Made by a program: the position numbers and the translations under genes. Source: Patescibacteria group bacterium (GTDB taxonomy: Bacteria > Patescibacteriota > WWE3 > JAMCXX01 > JBBTUG01). Taken from it: DNA of 64,000 bases. Of the stretch, positions 47,755 to 56,964 are shown in pieces. Each line of letters begins with the position of its first letter. Position 1 is the stretch's first letter. The notes under the pieces were generated by a model. The model saw only the letters and a program-made list of their open reading frames with translations, had not been told where the DNA came from and did no database searches. The stretch covers positions 14,165-78,164 of the forward strand of contig JBBTUG010000012.1 of the NCBI GenBank assembly GCA_038063895.1, written 5' to 3'.

Positions 47755-48201
47755 TTATTTTTGGCGTAACTTTTCCAATAAACCTGTTAGCTCCGTGACT
47801 GAAGAAATAATAAAATCGGGTTTTACGGTGCCTTCCGAAGGAATAGTTTTTTCCGCCTGAATCCAAACCGTTTTCATTCCCAACCCTTGCCCGACGGTGA
47901 TCTCCTCACTTAGCCGGTCACCAACAACAAATATATCTTCCGGTAACAGACAGAACTTTTCCTTAAATTCATTAAATACCGCCGGGGTCTTCTCCGGAAC
48001 AACCCGCACCCAATGGAGGAAGCTCATTAACCCCAAACTTTGGAGTAAACGTTGTTTTTCCTCACTGCCGAAACTGACTAAACCCAACTTGATCCCCTGC
48101 TTGTTGTAAGCCTCGAGAAAAGACAAAACTCCGGGAAAAAGCCGGCCCTCACCGGGATCATACAACGTCCGCACGAAATCAAAGATAATCCCCTTGATCA
48201 T
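47755..48201 (-). CDS. HAD-superfamily hydrolase
   Basis: IIFDFVRTL, LGLVS, VVGDRLSEEI..G..LGMKTVW, PDFII. Confidence 0.88.
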   Translation of the reverse strand: MIKGIIFDFVRTLYDPGEGRLFPGVLSFLEAYNKQGIKLGLVSFGSEEKQRLLQSLGLMSFLHWVRVVPEKTPAVFNEFKEKFCLLPEDIFVVGDRLSEEITVGQGLGMKTVWIQAEKTIPSEGTVKPDFIISSVTELTGLLEKLRQK

Positions 48202-48256
48202 AATGATCTATTATAACCTTTCCTTTGAGGCTTTTGGTCTAATTAAGTATACTTCT

Positions 48257-48304
48257 AGAGGGAAGCGGAGGGTGAAGTCTAAATCCCCCTTTCCGCTTCC
48301 CTCT
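48257..48304. terminator. Long inverted repeat after the ATP-grasp gene
   Basis: AGAGGGAAGCGGA...TCCGCTTCCCTCT, 13-bp perfect stem; the T tract is on the + strand. Confidence 0.6.
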
Positions 48305-48326
48305 TTTTGTCCCTCTCACTGATACT

Positions 48327-49577
48327 TCATTTCTTCTTCCTGACAATAACCGGCATCGCAACAGCATCAGACGAGCCGTGAACCAAGGGACGGTCAAGCA
48401 AAGTGGCGTCGATATCAGCCACCTCAACGCTATCTCCTTCAACCAGATAAACCACACACAAACGGACGCGGTAGCCGTCCGCCTCAACCAGCCCCTCTCC
48501 GGCCTCGTTCAGAAAAACCACTTTATGCTCCAATGTCGGCACCTCCGGCTGGATAACGTAAAGAGGTCCGTCTCCGTTAGCGACTGGGAAAAGAGCTCCC
48601 AGTAACCTGTTTCTCCACTCAATAGCGGTCAGTTGCGAACTGAAGGCAATACCCTTTCCCTGACCACCATTACAACGTTTAAGCACCCATTGGAGCGTTT
48701 CTTTGCCGGAGTTGTCTAAACGTCTGCCCATAAATTCTTCGGCTCCCCAAGAATAACCCCGACCCTTAAAAGGGATCTTGACTTCGGGAACGACGGGAAA
48801 TGTCCAGGGAATAAACCCCTTCAGACTTTGCCGGTCGCTACTACTCAAAGCGAAAGACCGCCCGGAAGCCGTCTCCGGATTATGAACGGCAACCATCCAG
48901 GAATTATCCTCAAGCCGAGTAAATGGCGGCCAGATATCCAGCTTTCCGCCTGATAACAGTTCGCCAAGGCGTTGCCCACCGGGAAACACTTTTGCAGACT
49001 GCGGCTGCAACCAGGCGAGAGTGAAAGTGCGGTAGACCACGTCCCCTTCAAGCAGACTTTCCCCGGTTTCCGAAACTTCACAACAAAGACCGAAGCTCTG
49101 GAGGTACCGCGCCAGAAGACGGTACTCTGCCCCGTAACCGAGACGGTCGGGACTAAGGAGAATCACCAGGCGGCGCCCGCTGAATTTTTTCAGTAAGAGC
49201 CCGGCAATTGTCTTCGCTGCGCCTGGAAAAGGATCAAAGGAACCTTCCGGCAGGCCCACGGAACGGTAGTAAGTTTCCCGAACCAGTTGGGTGGCCAAAT
49301 CCCAGACTGGGGTTCCGTTGAGTTCAAACAGGACAAGATAGCCCCGGCGATCTAATGTAAAATCGGCCCGGAGATAAGTAGCCTCGTCGCTAGAATCGAC
49401 AGCAGCGCGCAACTTCGGTAACAGCTGTCCCAAGGCCAGCGCCTGCTGCCACTGCTGTTCCCAAAGGTAATACCATTTCGGAGAAACCCGCCAAAGCCTA
49501 GGCGGATTACCATAAGCGAAACCGTAATGCCAAAGTGCCCGGCGGATCTCGTCAGCCGTCCTAATAATCTCTTCCAT
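48327..49577 (-). CDS. Uncharacterised ATP-grasp amide ligase, glutathionylspermidine-synthase-like
   Basis: LRADF...LFELN (RxD/ExN), VVYRTF, FIPWT, WVLK...G.GKGI, YVIQ, RVRLC; SD AAGGAG before ATG 49577. Confidence 0.7.
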   Translation of the reverse strand: MEEIIRTADEIRRALWHYGFAYGNPPRLWRVSPKWYYLWEQQWQQALALGQLLPKLRAAVDSSDEATYLRADFTLDRRGYLVLFELNGTPVWDLATQLVRETYYRSVGLPEGSFDPFPGAAKTIAGLLLKKFSGRRLVILLSPDRLGYGAEYRLLARYLQSFGLCCEVSETGESLLEGDVVYRTFTLAWLQPQSAKVFPGGQRLGELLSGGKLDIWPPFTRLEDNSWMVAVHNPETASGRSFALSSSDRQSLKGFIPWTFPVVPEVKIPFKGRGYSWGAEEFMGRRLDNSGKETLQWVLKRCNGGQGKGIAFSSQLTAIEWRNRLLGALFPVANGDGPLYVIQPEVPTLEHKVVFLNEAGEGLVEADGYRVRLCVVYLVEGDSVEVADIDATLLDRPLVHGSSDAVAMPVIVRKKK

Positions 49578-49616
49578 TGCCTTCTCCTTTCCTGAACAAA
49601 GTTTTGTAGTTGGGAT

Positions 49617-49915
49617 AAAAAAATCCCGTCCGCTACCTACTTGTAGTTTTACAAATAAGTAAGGGACGGGATTCAAAAAAAGAATACCGCGGTACCACCC
49701 TGATTCCCTTCGGCTAAGCCTCGGGGCACTCATTAGACTTTTTGGGCCGGGAAGTCATTCCCGCTTGCCTTACTCTTTATTCAGGCTCGCTGTTTTCCGC
49801 CAAGTTTAACTTGGCATCGCAAGACGCGTTCGGATTTCCTTAGACTACCAGGCTTTCAGCTGTCCCGGCTTGCTTTAGTCTCTAGAAACCCTACTAATTC
49901 TTGCCTACAGGCATA
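49617..49915 (-). promoter_or_regulatory. T-box riboswitch, Arg (CGC) specifier, transcriptional attenuator type
   Basis: Stem I GCAAGA/UCUUGC with AGUA/GAA loop E and specifier CGC (49828-49826), AG bulge, GCUGAAAG apical loop; T-box AGGGUGGUACCGCG (49701-49688); antiterminator partner CCGUCCCU; terminator AAUCCCGUCC...GGACGGGAUU plus U tract. Confidence 0.93.
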
Positions 49916-49979
49916 TTTTGAAGTACGGTCTGAGCCTATCATAACCTCGCCCTCCGCGTCAAATATTTTAACACTCTTA

Positions 49980-50258
49980 CTAACGGTAGAGTTGGCTATG
50001 GGTGCCAAGGGCTTCGAAAATAATTACCTTCCCGCCTTCCTGCTCCAAATAAATCGTCCGCCAGTCACCAGTAATATTAAGGCTCCGAAGGCCTTTAAGT
50101 TTTCCTTGTAAGAGATGGTTACCAAGCTTTGGGTCACGGGGATTCAGAAGGAACAACTTAAACCGTTCTCGAAAAGCAATTTTAATTTCCAGCGGAGCTT
50201 TTCCTAGTTGCTTATTAAAAACCTTTGAAAAATCAACTCTGAGTTTTTTTCCGTTCAT
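49980..50258 (-). CDS. RelE/YafQ-family mRNA interferase toxin
   Basis: NHLLQGKLKGLRSLNITGDWRTIY, LGTHSQLY. Confidence 0.9.
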   Translation of the reverse strand: MNGKKLRVDFSKVFNKQLGKAPLEIKIAFRERFKLFLLNPRDPKLGNHLLQGKLKGLRSLNITGDWRTIYLEQEGGKVIIFEALGTHSQLYR

Positions 50259-50541
50259 TGGCAATCATGTCATCCAAATACCCTAAGACCGCGTTCCCAC
50301 CATTAAAAGAAATAACCCGCCCCGCCTTAATATCTCTACGGGATTCTGCTAACATTTGTAAAAGATACTCGGTCGGTTCCTCGTCGGAAGCACTAAAAGT
50401 AACGGTCTTCGTCCGGATGACCTGCTTTAAGTAAGCGTTTATTAAACCGCTTAAACTCAAGCCTAAGTCATCCGCAAGCTTTCGCGCACGGATTTTCACT
50501 TGAGGTTCGGTTTTGATGTTAATAATGGCCGTTTGGTTCAT
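50233..50541 (-). CDS. RelB/DinJ-family antitoxin
   Basis: INIKTEPQVK..A..LADDLGLSLSGLINAYLKQ ribbon-helix-helix; overlaps the toxin gene. Confidence 0.9.
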   Translation of the reverse strand: MNQTAIINIKTEPQVKIRARKLADDLGLSLSGLINAYLKQVIRTKTVTFSASDEEPTEYLLQMLAESRRDIKAGRVISFNGGNAVLGYLDDMIANERKKTQS

Positions 50542-50578
50542 ATATACTTAGTATATACAAAAGATACACATATGTCAA
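50541..50578 (-). promoter_or_regulatory. TA promoter with palindromic operator
   Basis: TTGACA-17-TATACT; TATATAC-TTA-GTATATA palindrome (50541-50557) overlaps the -10 and start. Confidence 0.7.
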
Positions 50579-50585
50579 ATCCGCC

Positions 50586-51152
50586 TTAGAGCCCGAGCTC
50601 ACCGGCAATTGACTGCATCGCCTTTAAAGTAGTCTCGATAAACTCATCCAACCCCAGGCCCAGTTTCTCCTGGCACTTTTCAATTTCAGCTCTATCGACT
50701 GCCCGGGCAAACTCTTTCGTTTTCCATTTCTTTTTTATCGAGTCAAGCGCCACCGTGGCCAGTTTTTTATCCGGCCGGACGAGAGCGACGGCAACGATAA
50801 ACCCCGTCAGTTCATCGACACAATCAAGCGCCCAAGCCATCGTTGAGTTTGGCTCCCCGAGATTCGTCAGCCGCCGGTTGTGCGCTTTAATTGCGTCAAC
50901 AAATGGGCCTTCTGACACGCCCTGCCCACTCAGCCACTCTAAGGTCAGGCGGGTGTGCGTACTCGGAGTTGGTTCAGTCAGTTCCCAATCCGCATCGTGA
51001 ATTAACCCCAAAAGACCCCACTCGGCCTCATCACCCGAAAACCGCCTGGCGAGGGCTTTCATCGCCGCTTCCACTGCCAACAGGTGGCGGACCAGATTGC
51101 GGTTTGTTATTGATTGATTAACGAATTTCAAAACCTTCTCACGGGTCAACAT
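50586..51152 (-). CDS. HD-domain phosphohydrolase
   Basis: RHLLAVEAAM, GLIHDADWE, AIKAHN, DELTGFIVAVALVRP. Confidence 0.9.
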   Translation of the reverse strand: MLTREKVLKFVNQSITNRNLVRHLLAVEAAMKALARRFSGDEAEWGLLGLIHDADWELTEPTPSTHTRLTLEWLSGQGVSEGPFVDAIKAHNRRLTNLGEPNSTMAWALDCVDELTGFIVAVALVRPDKKLATVALDSIKKKWKTKEFARAVDRAEIEKCQEKLGLGLDEFIETTLKAMQSIAGELGL

Positions 51153-51162
51153 AAGTTCTCAT

Positions 51163-51951
51163 TCATAAATCGTTCGGCACATCGATGAACTCCACGCCGA
51201 GGCCGGGGAAGTTCTGCTTTAAAACTTCGCCTAAATTGATAACCCCAATAGTTTCCGTATTGTAATGACCGAAAGCGGCAATCGTCATTCCCAACTCCCG
51301 GGCGATGGCCGGGTGGTTCTCACGCATATCCCCGACGATTTCCAATTCAATTCTGTTGTCGACAAACTCGTTCATTATCGCGGGGTTGTGGTAGTCAATC
51401 GCCCCGGAACCGGAAACAACGGCGAAAACGGTTACTTTGTCTTTTTTAACTCCGACCACTTGTCCTCGGTGGGAATATATATTTTCGCACTGTTTAATTA
51501 TCTCGCTAAGGCTCTTCGGCTCCGGGAAACGCCCGAACCACCCCCACTTATCGAAAATATTGCCGCTGACCTCTCCCCCCAAACGGCGGATAACCGAAGC
51601 GTTATTCCCAATCTCAGGATGATGATCAAGCATTCCGTGATAACCGGCAAGGCTCATTCCGTTTTGAAAAAGAAACCGGATCCGCTCTTCCTGGTAGAGC
51701 GGAAATCTGTTGCCGTTGCCGGCCGCGGACGCGAAACTTAAGCCGTGGTGGACTATTAGAAAATTGCAGCCGGTAGCCTTTGCCTTCTGAAAAAATTCCA
51801 GGTTGGCGGAAACGCCCAGCCCCACCTTGGTAACATCCTCAACCCCCGCAATCTGCAGACCGTTAGCCAGCATCTCCCTGGTTTTAAAGATTTCTTCGAA
51901 GGGTTGAAAATAATTCTGAAGAAAACTGACCAGCTCAGAGCGGGTAATCAT
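51163..51951 (-). CDS. Nif3-like dinuclear metal-centre protein
   Basis: NGLQI.G, IVHHG, YH..LD.HPE.GNN, GHYNTE. Confidence 0.92.
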   Translation of the reverse strand: MITRSELVSFLQNYFQPFEEIFKTREMLANGLQIAGVEDVTKVGLGVSANLEFFQKAKATGCNFLIVHHGLSFASAAGNGNRFPLYQEERIRFLFQNGMSLAGYHGMLDHHPEIGNNASVIRRLGGEVSGNIFDKWGWFGRFPEPKSLSEIIKQCENIYSHRGQVVGVKKDKVTVFAVVSGSGAIDYHNPAIMNEFVDNRIELEIVGDMRENHPAIARELGMTIAAFGHYNTETIGVINLGEVLKQNFPGLGVEFIDVPNDL

Positions 51952-53435
51952 TCCTTAACCTCCGGGTCCGGATTGCCTTGGGGCCTTAACGTCGGAAAAA
52001 TAATGGTCTCTTTTAAATTGTGCCGGTCGGCCAGAAAGGCAACCACACGGTCGATCCCCATCCCCCATCCCGCCGTCGGCGGCATCCCGTACTCCAGCGC
52101 CCGCAAGTAATCTTCGTCCAGGACCTGGTGCTCGGCGAGCCCCTTCTTTCCCAGATTCATCTCTTCCTCCCAGCGCTGCCGCTGATCCCGAGGATCATTC
52201 AATTCATTGTAGGCGTTAATCCATTCCACCCCGGCGACCAGAAGCTGAAAAGAAGCGACGAAGGCCGGCTCATCCTGTTTTCCCTTGGCCAGAGGCCGCA
52301 TGGAAAGCGGGTGGTCAATAATAAAAACCGGTCCGGTGAGGGCAGAGCGGGAGATTTTTTTGTAGAGGGTGTCCAAAATCGGCCCAAAGCCGGCGACTCC
52401 GGTGAGGTCCACGTCCAAGCCCTTCTTCTTTATTTCCGCCAACAACTTTTCCTCGTTATCTGTTTTCAGTAGATCAATTCCGCTGTCTTTTTTCAGTAAG
52501 TCTCTAAAAGTTATCCGCGGCCAGGGAGGCTCAAAATTGTATTCCCGGTCCTGATACTTGACCAAGTAACTTCCCTTAACCTGCTTCACCATTTCCGAGA
52601 GCATCGTTTCCGTAAAACTCATCAGCTGTTCGTAGTCGCGGTAAGCCCAGTAAAATTCCAGCATTGTAAACTCCGGATTGTGCTCCCGGTCAATTCCCTC
52701 ATTGCGGAAATCCTTCCCGAGCTCAAACACTTTTTCAAAACCGGCCACGATCAGACGCTTCAGGTAAAGCTCATCGGAAATCCGTAAATAAAGATCGGTG
52801 TCCAGCGCGTGATGGTGGGTGAGGAAAGGGCGGGCGCTGGCGCCGCCGTAAAGGGGCTGCAGAATCGGAGTTTCCACCTCCAGGAAGCCCTCCGTTTTTA
52901 AATACCGGCGCAGGTAATCAACCGTATCCGCCCGGAGAGTAACGATATCCCGCACCTCTTTATTCAGCAGTAAATCGAGGTAGCGCTGGCGGTATCGTTC
53001 CTCACAATCTTTTAAGCCAAACCACTCTGAGGGCAAAGGCCGGACCGTTTTTGTAAGCAGAGAAAAAACGGACACCTTTAAAGTCAGTTGCCCCGCCTGG
53101 GTCTTAAAAAGAGTGCCGGTCGCGGCGATAAAGTCCCCCAGATCCAGTAATTCCAGCAACGGGAGCTGTTGGTCCGAAAGATCCTTTTTAGAGAAGAAGA
53201 GCTGAAGCCGTCCCGAGGCATCTTCCAGATCGGCGAAAACAATCTGACCGTGAGACCGCCAAGCCCGCAGCCTTCCGGCGATGGTCACTGAATCATCAAT
53301 CTGTTTTTTACTAACTGAACTTATATTCAACCGGTCACTAACGCAGCCGCCGGGAAAAGGGTTTAAGCCAAGGGACTGAATTTTTTGGATTTTATCTAAG
53401 CGGATTTGTCGCAGCTGCGCAAGAGGTTCGGCCAT
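51948..53435 (-). CDS. lysS: Lysine-tRNA ligase (class II)
   Basis: RYRQRYLDL, GGASARPF, FRNEGID..HNPEFT, YGMPPTAG.G.GIDR. Confidence 0.97.
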   Translation of the reverse strand: MAEPLAQLRQIRLDKIQKIQSLGLNPFPGGCVSDRLNISSVSKKQIDDSVTIAGRLRAWRSHGQIVFADLEDASGRLQLFFSKKDLSDQQLPLLELLDLGDFIAATGTLFKTQAGQLTLKVSVFSLLTKTVRPLPSEWFGLKDCEERYRQRYLDLLLNKEVRDIVTLRADTVDYLRRYLKTEGFLEVETPILQPLYGGASARPFLTHHHALDTDLYLRISDELYLKRLIVAGFEKVFELGKDFRNEGIDREHNPEFTMLEFYWAYRDYEQLMSFTETMLSEMVKQVKGSYLVKYQDREYNFEPPWPRITFRDLLKKDSGIDLLKTDNEEKLLAEIKKKGLDVDLTGVAGFGPILDTLYKKISRSALTGPVFIIDHPLSMRPLAKGKQDEPAFVASFQLLVAGVEWINAYNELNDPRDQRQRWEEEMNLGKKGLAEHQVLDEDYLRALEYGMPPTAGWGMGIDRVVAFLADRHNLKETIIFPTLRPQGNPDPEVKE

Positions 53436-53465
53436 TATTTACAATATAGCACAAGAATATCAGTG

Positions 53466-53933
53466 TTACTTAATCGCGATGATTTTGTAGGTAGTCTTAA
53501 TTGAGCAGGAAACGATCACGGTATCTCCGGGCTTTGTTCCCAATAACGCCTCCCCGACAAGGGATTCGTAGGAAATAAGCCCTTTGGCGGGATCAACTTC
53601 TTCGCTCCCGACCAGCGTTAAATCAAAACGCTCTCCCTCCGCTTCAACGAAAACCGTGGAACCGACTTCGACCTTGGTACTTCGTCTTTTCTCAACCGTG
53701 ACAGCGCATTTTAAAAGCAGCTCCAGTTCCGAAACCCGGTTTTCCAGTAGGTCCCATTCCTGCAGAGCGGCTTTATACTCTAAATTCTCCTCAACCTCAC
53801 CATCCTCCCTGGCGTCCTTTATACGTCGGGCAGTTTGGCTTCGCGCGGGACCGGTCAGGAATTGATACTCACTTTTCAACTTTTCCAGTCCCTTTCGGGT
53901 AATATAGGTCTTCTTAAGCGTAACAGCAGGCAT
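53466..53933 (-). CDS. GreA/GreB-family factor, divergent paralog
   Basis: Gre fold (AREDGEVEENLEY, ISYES.VG.ALLG); ATG 53933 immediately after the greA stop. Confidence 0.85.
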   Translation of the reverse strand: MPAVTLKKTYITRKGLEKLKSEYQFLTGPARSQTARRIKDAREDGEVEENLEYKAALQEWDLLENRVSELELLLKCAVTVEKRRSTKVEVGSTVFVEAEGERFDLTLVGSEEVDPAKGLISYESLVGEALLGTKPGDTVIVSCSIKTTYKIIAIK

Positions 53934-53934
53934 C

Positions 53935-54402
53935 TTACGCCACTTCAATAATGGTGTAGATTAGATTACCGACAGGAGCCGACACTTGAACTTTATCGCC
54001 AACCTTCCGGCCCAAAAGAGCCTGGCCGAGCGGGGACTCATGAGAGATTTTATTGGAGAGCGGATCAGCTTCTTCAGCGCCAACGAGCTGAAAATGCTGC
54101 TCCTCCCCGTCCAGATGAACTTTAATGTGGCTTCCCACCCCAACCACCCCCGGCTTGCCTTTCTCTTCCTCGACAATAATGGCGTTGTTTAAAAGCTTCC
54201 GCAATTCCGTAATCCGGCCCTCGACAAACCCCTGTTCCTCCCGGGCGGCGTCATATTCCGAATTTTCGGAAATATCCCCGAGTTCGCGGGCCTCTTTAAT
54301 CTTTGAAGCCACCGCTTGGCGGCGGTGCTCCGTTAATTCTTTGTATTCTTCCTGTAATTTTTCGAACCCTATCTTCGTTAAATAGACGTCTTTAGTGATC
54401 AT
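53935..54402 (-). CDS. greA: Transcription elongation factor GreA
   Basis: ARELGDISENSEYDAAR, ISHESPLGQALLG. Confidence 0.95.
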   Translation of the reverse strand: MITKDVYLTKIGFEKLQEEYKELTEHRRQAVASKIKEARELGDISENSEYDAAREEQGFVEGRITELRKLLNNAIIVEEEKGKPGVVGVGSHIKVHLDGEEQHFQLVGAEEADPLSNKISHESPLGQALLGRKVGDKVQVSAPVGNLIYTIIEVA

Positions 54403-54418
54403 AATCGGCAAGTTAGAA

Positions 54419-54515
54419 AGAAAAACCTCAGGTAAGCAACCCGAGGAACCTCTATCTAACCGTGCTCTCTTTCAGTTAAGGAAAACCATTCTACACCCGC
54501 CCGACCTGTTGTCAA
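54419..54515 (-). promoter_or_regulatory. greA promoter and leader terminator
   Basis: TTGACA-16-TAGAAT (54515-54488); leader hairpin CCUCGGGU/ACCUGAGG followed by UUUUUCUUU before the start codon. Confidence 0.65.
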
Positions 54516-54516
54516 G

Positions 54517-54912
54517 TTAAACCGGTACCGAGTTTAATATCTTCTTCACCCTGGTCACCAACTCGTCCGGAGTCACCCGGTATTTCATCACGAAGTCCAC
54601 CGCGCCGAGGTCAAAAGACTGCTTAATATTATCGTTACTGCCGAAGTTAGTCAAAGTCAAAACCGGAATTTTTGATAGCTCGAAATCTTCATGCAGACTT
54701 TTAAGGACCTCGAACCCGCCTAATTTCGGCAGCATTATATCAAGAATAATGAGATCCGGCCTGTTCTTGGCTTTGACTAAAGCTTCTTCACCGTCAAACG
54801 CCTGTTCCACCGTTAAACCCGAGCTCTCAAACTCCAACCGGTACGTTCGGGCCAGGTTAGGGTCGTCTTCAACAATAAGTACTTTTCTGATTACCGGTTC
54901 TTCTTTAGTCAT
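54517..54912 (-). CDS. Single-domain response regulator (receiver)
   Basis: VLIVEDD, PDLIILDIMLP, LTN, GA.DFVMK. Confidence 0.92.
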   Translation of the reverse strand: MTKEEPVIRKVLIVEDDPNLARTYRLEFESSGLTVEQAFDGEEALVKAKNRPDLIILDIMLPKLGGFEVLKSLHEDFELSKIPVLTLTNFGSNDNIKQSFDLGAVDFVMKYRVTPDELVTRVKKILNSVPV

Positions 54913-55116
54913 TGGTAAACCTATGTTTTAGGTTAGCAGATAAGAGTTGTTCCGGTCAATCTAGCAGTCTCTATTAAACATGGTGATCAAAAACTAACAG
55001 ATAATACCTAATGGTGCTCGTTTTTGGAAAAATCCGAACGCATTTCAAATCAATGTGTTAGCTTGCCGGGATTCCGTTCTTTTTCGCGTGCAATTTTATC
55101 GTCCTTTGGGCAAAGG

Positions 55117-55971
55117 CTATTCTCCTATAAGTCTGTACTCTTTTGAATAGAAATGTAAGACTTCCCCTTGCCCAACAAATGCCTCTTCCCCTTTGATAGA
55201 TTTTCCTGTTCTATCAAGAATATTATTTATGACGGTTGCGTTGCCCTGACCGATTCCGAATGGGTCGCTAACATGAACACCATAATTAATTTTCATATCA
55301 AAGTCGCCTGGTGCCATAGCCATATATTCCATCGCTCCCACCCCACCCACTATTTTCTTACCCCAATCTCCAAAAGAAAAGCTGATTTCATGAGATTTAT
55401 TTTTCTCTATTTTATAAAATGAATCAAAATTAAACTCAAAAGTCTTGCCATCAAAAGTGACGTTTGTTGGATCAAACCCAAAAGTAAAGTCATCTCCCTG
55501 TATGTCTTTTCCCCTGAATCCAACATGGAGAAATATATTCATGTCAGATGTTATGTTCGAAACAAAACGAACTTTAAAAATGATTTTTTCTAAATTTTGT
55601 GAATTATTAAGTATTGGTATTTCTTCAAAATCTGTGATAGTTATTTGAGCCTGTTTAGACTGTTGTATCGCTTGGTTTAGCTCGTTTGATAAACTTTGAG
55701 AAAATTTATTTGTCTGATAACGATTTATCATAATAATAGTGGTATTAGTTAGAACCATGACAAATACCGCCACAGCAACATATTTCCACTCCTTAAACGT
55801 GATTTTAGTTATCGCCGAGACAAATAGGTAAATTAGGGCCAGGACTGGGATAACAGCAAAAGATTCTGCGTAACCAGGGAAAAAATTAACCTGTTGAAAA
55901 AAGGGAAGCTTGGCAATCAATAAAATAATCGGGGTTTGTAAAAAAAATATAACCGAGAACGAGAATATCAC
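55117..55971 (-). CDS. AT-rich hypothetical membrane protein
   Basis: Three N-terminal TMs plus a soluble domain; visibly lower GC than flanks; start uncertain. Confidence 0.65.
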   Translation of the reverse strand: MIFSFSVIFFLQTPIILLIAKLPFFQQVNFFPGYAESFAVIPVLALIYLFVSAITKITFKEWKYVAVAVFVMVLTNTTIIMINRYQTNKFSQSLSNELNQAIQQSKQAQITITDFEEIPILNNSQNLEKIIFKVRFVSNITSDMNIFLHVGFRGKDIQGDDFTFGFDPTNVTFDGKTFEFNFDSFYKIEKNKSHEISFSFGDWGKKIVGGVGAMEYMAMAPGDFDMKINYGVHVSDPFGIGQGNATVINNILDRTGKSIKGEEAFVGQGEVLHFYSKEYRLIGE

Positions 55972-56354
55972 AACGATGAGAAAATAAATAAATCTTATCT
56001 TTATTATAATTTCCTTCTTGTTGATTTAATAATCTAACAATTATTATAGCACTTTTCTTTGGTGTCAACAAATAACAAACTTTTGTTTTTTCTTAAACTT
56101 TGTATAGCGTAATTGTACTCAAACGATATTTCGGATTTTTAATGCCCACTTTGGACAGATCCGAAAGGGTTTGACTTCAACAAGGTGCTCATCTAAATTA
56201 ATAAAAAGTTCTTTAATTTTTGCGTTTTTCTTTGGAACAACGCTCTATGAGAAATTGCTTGTTAGAGCCGACTTTTTTGGGAACGCGGCGAGTGAGGAGG
56301 GGCACCGCGCAACAGTTGGTAGTGCCGCACCTAACGATTTCGCAATTTCCCAAA

Positions 56355-56429
56355 TGGTGCCGCCACGGGGAATCGAACCCCGGTTACCGGATTGAGAATC
56401 CGACGTCCTAACCCCTAGACGATGGCGGC
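56355..56429 (-). tRNA. tRNA-Glu(CTC)
   Basis: GCCGCCA...TGGCGGC-A-CCA; anticodon arm TCGGA-TT-CTC-AA-TCCGG; GGTTCGATTCC. Confidence 0.96.
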
Positions 56430-56538
56430 ATGTTACTAATTTACCGCTATTATACACTAAAATCAGAAACCCCCATGTGAAAGTTGAATAGAAATACTCG
56501 ATTTGCATCCGCTAATATTTAAGTCCAATATATATTTG

Positions 56539-56964
56539 ATGAGGAAAAAAGTGTTCTTAGCTCTATCCGTTGTATTCTGCCTGGTTCTGACCGTCAGCGG
56601 TTTTCTCCTCTGGCGGGGCGGTCTGTCTTTATCCCCGATTGACAGCAAGACTGAGGCCGGACAGTCTTTGGGGGCGCAAAGTAGCGCTAAAGACAGACTC
56701 CCGGCAGATATCCCTCTCTACCCCGCCGCTCTCGTGACCAGTCTTAACGAAACGCTCGAATCAATCCAAGTGGTTTGGGAAACAGGAGACACGGCCGACC
56801 GGCTAGAAAAATTTTACCGAAATGAAATGGCTAAAAACGGCTGGCAACGAAGTGGAACTCTTGTTTTTTATAAAGACAAGGGGCGGCAAGTGGAGATAAA
56901 AATTATCTCGGAAACGGCCGGAAGAACCTATTTCAGTCTGGATCTGTCCCAACCTAAACCTTAA
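56539..56964 (+). CDS. Membrane-anchored hypothetical protein
   Basis: N-terminal TM; LP.DIPLYP.A and FY..EM..NGW motifs. Confidence 0.72.
   Translation: MRKKVFLALSVVFCLVLTVSGFLLWRGGLSLSPIDSKTEAGQSLGAQSSAKDRLPADIPLYPAALVTSLNETLESIQVVWETGDTADRLEKFYRNEMAKNGWQRSGTLVFYKDKGRQVEIKIISETAGRTYFSLDLSQPKP

Noticed and set aside
49578-49733. N-terminal 52-aa extension of the ATP-grasp ORF given in the ORF track
   Set aside because: It runs through the T-box and terminator; the SD points to ATG 49577.
54440-54470. preQ1-I-like AGAGGUUC in the greA leader
   Set aside because: No matching closing stem with an A-rich tail; better explained as part of the terminator region.
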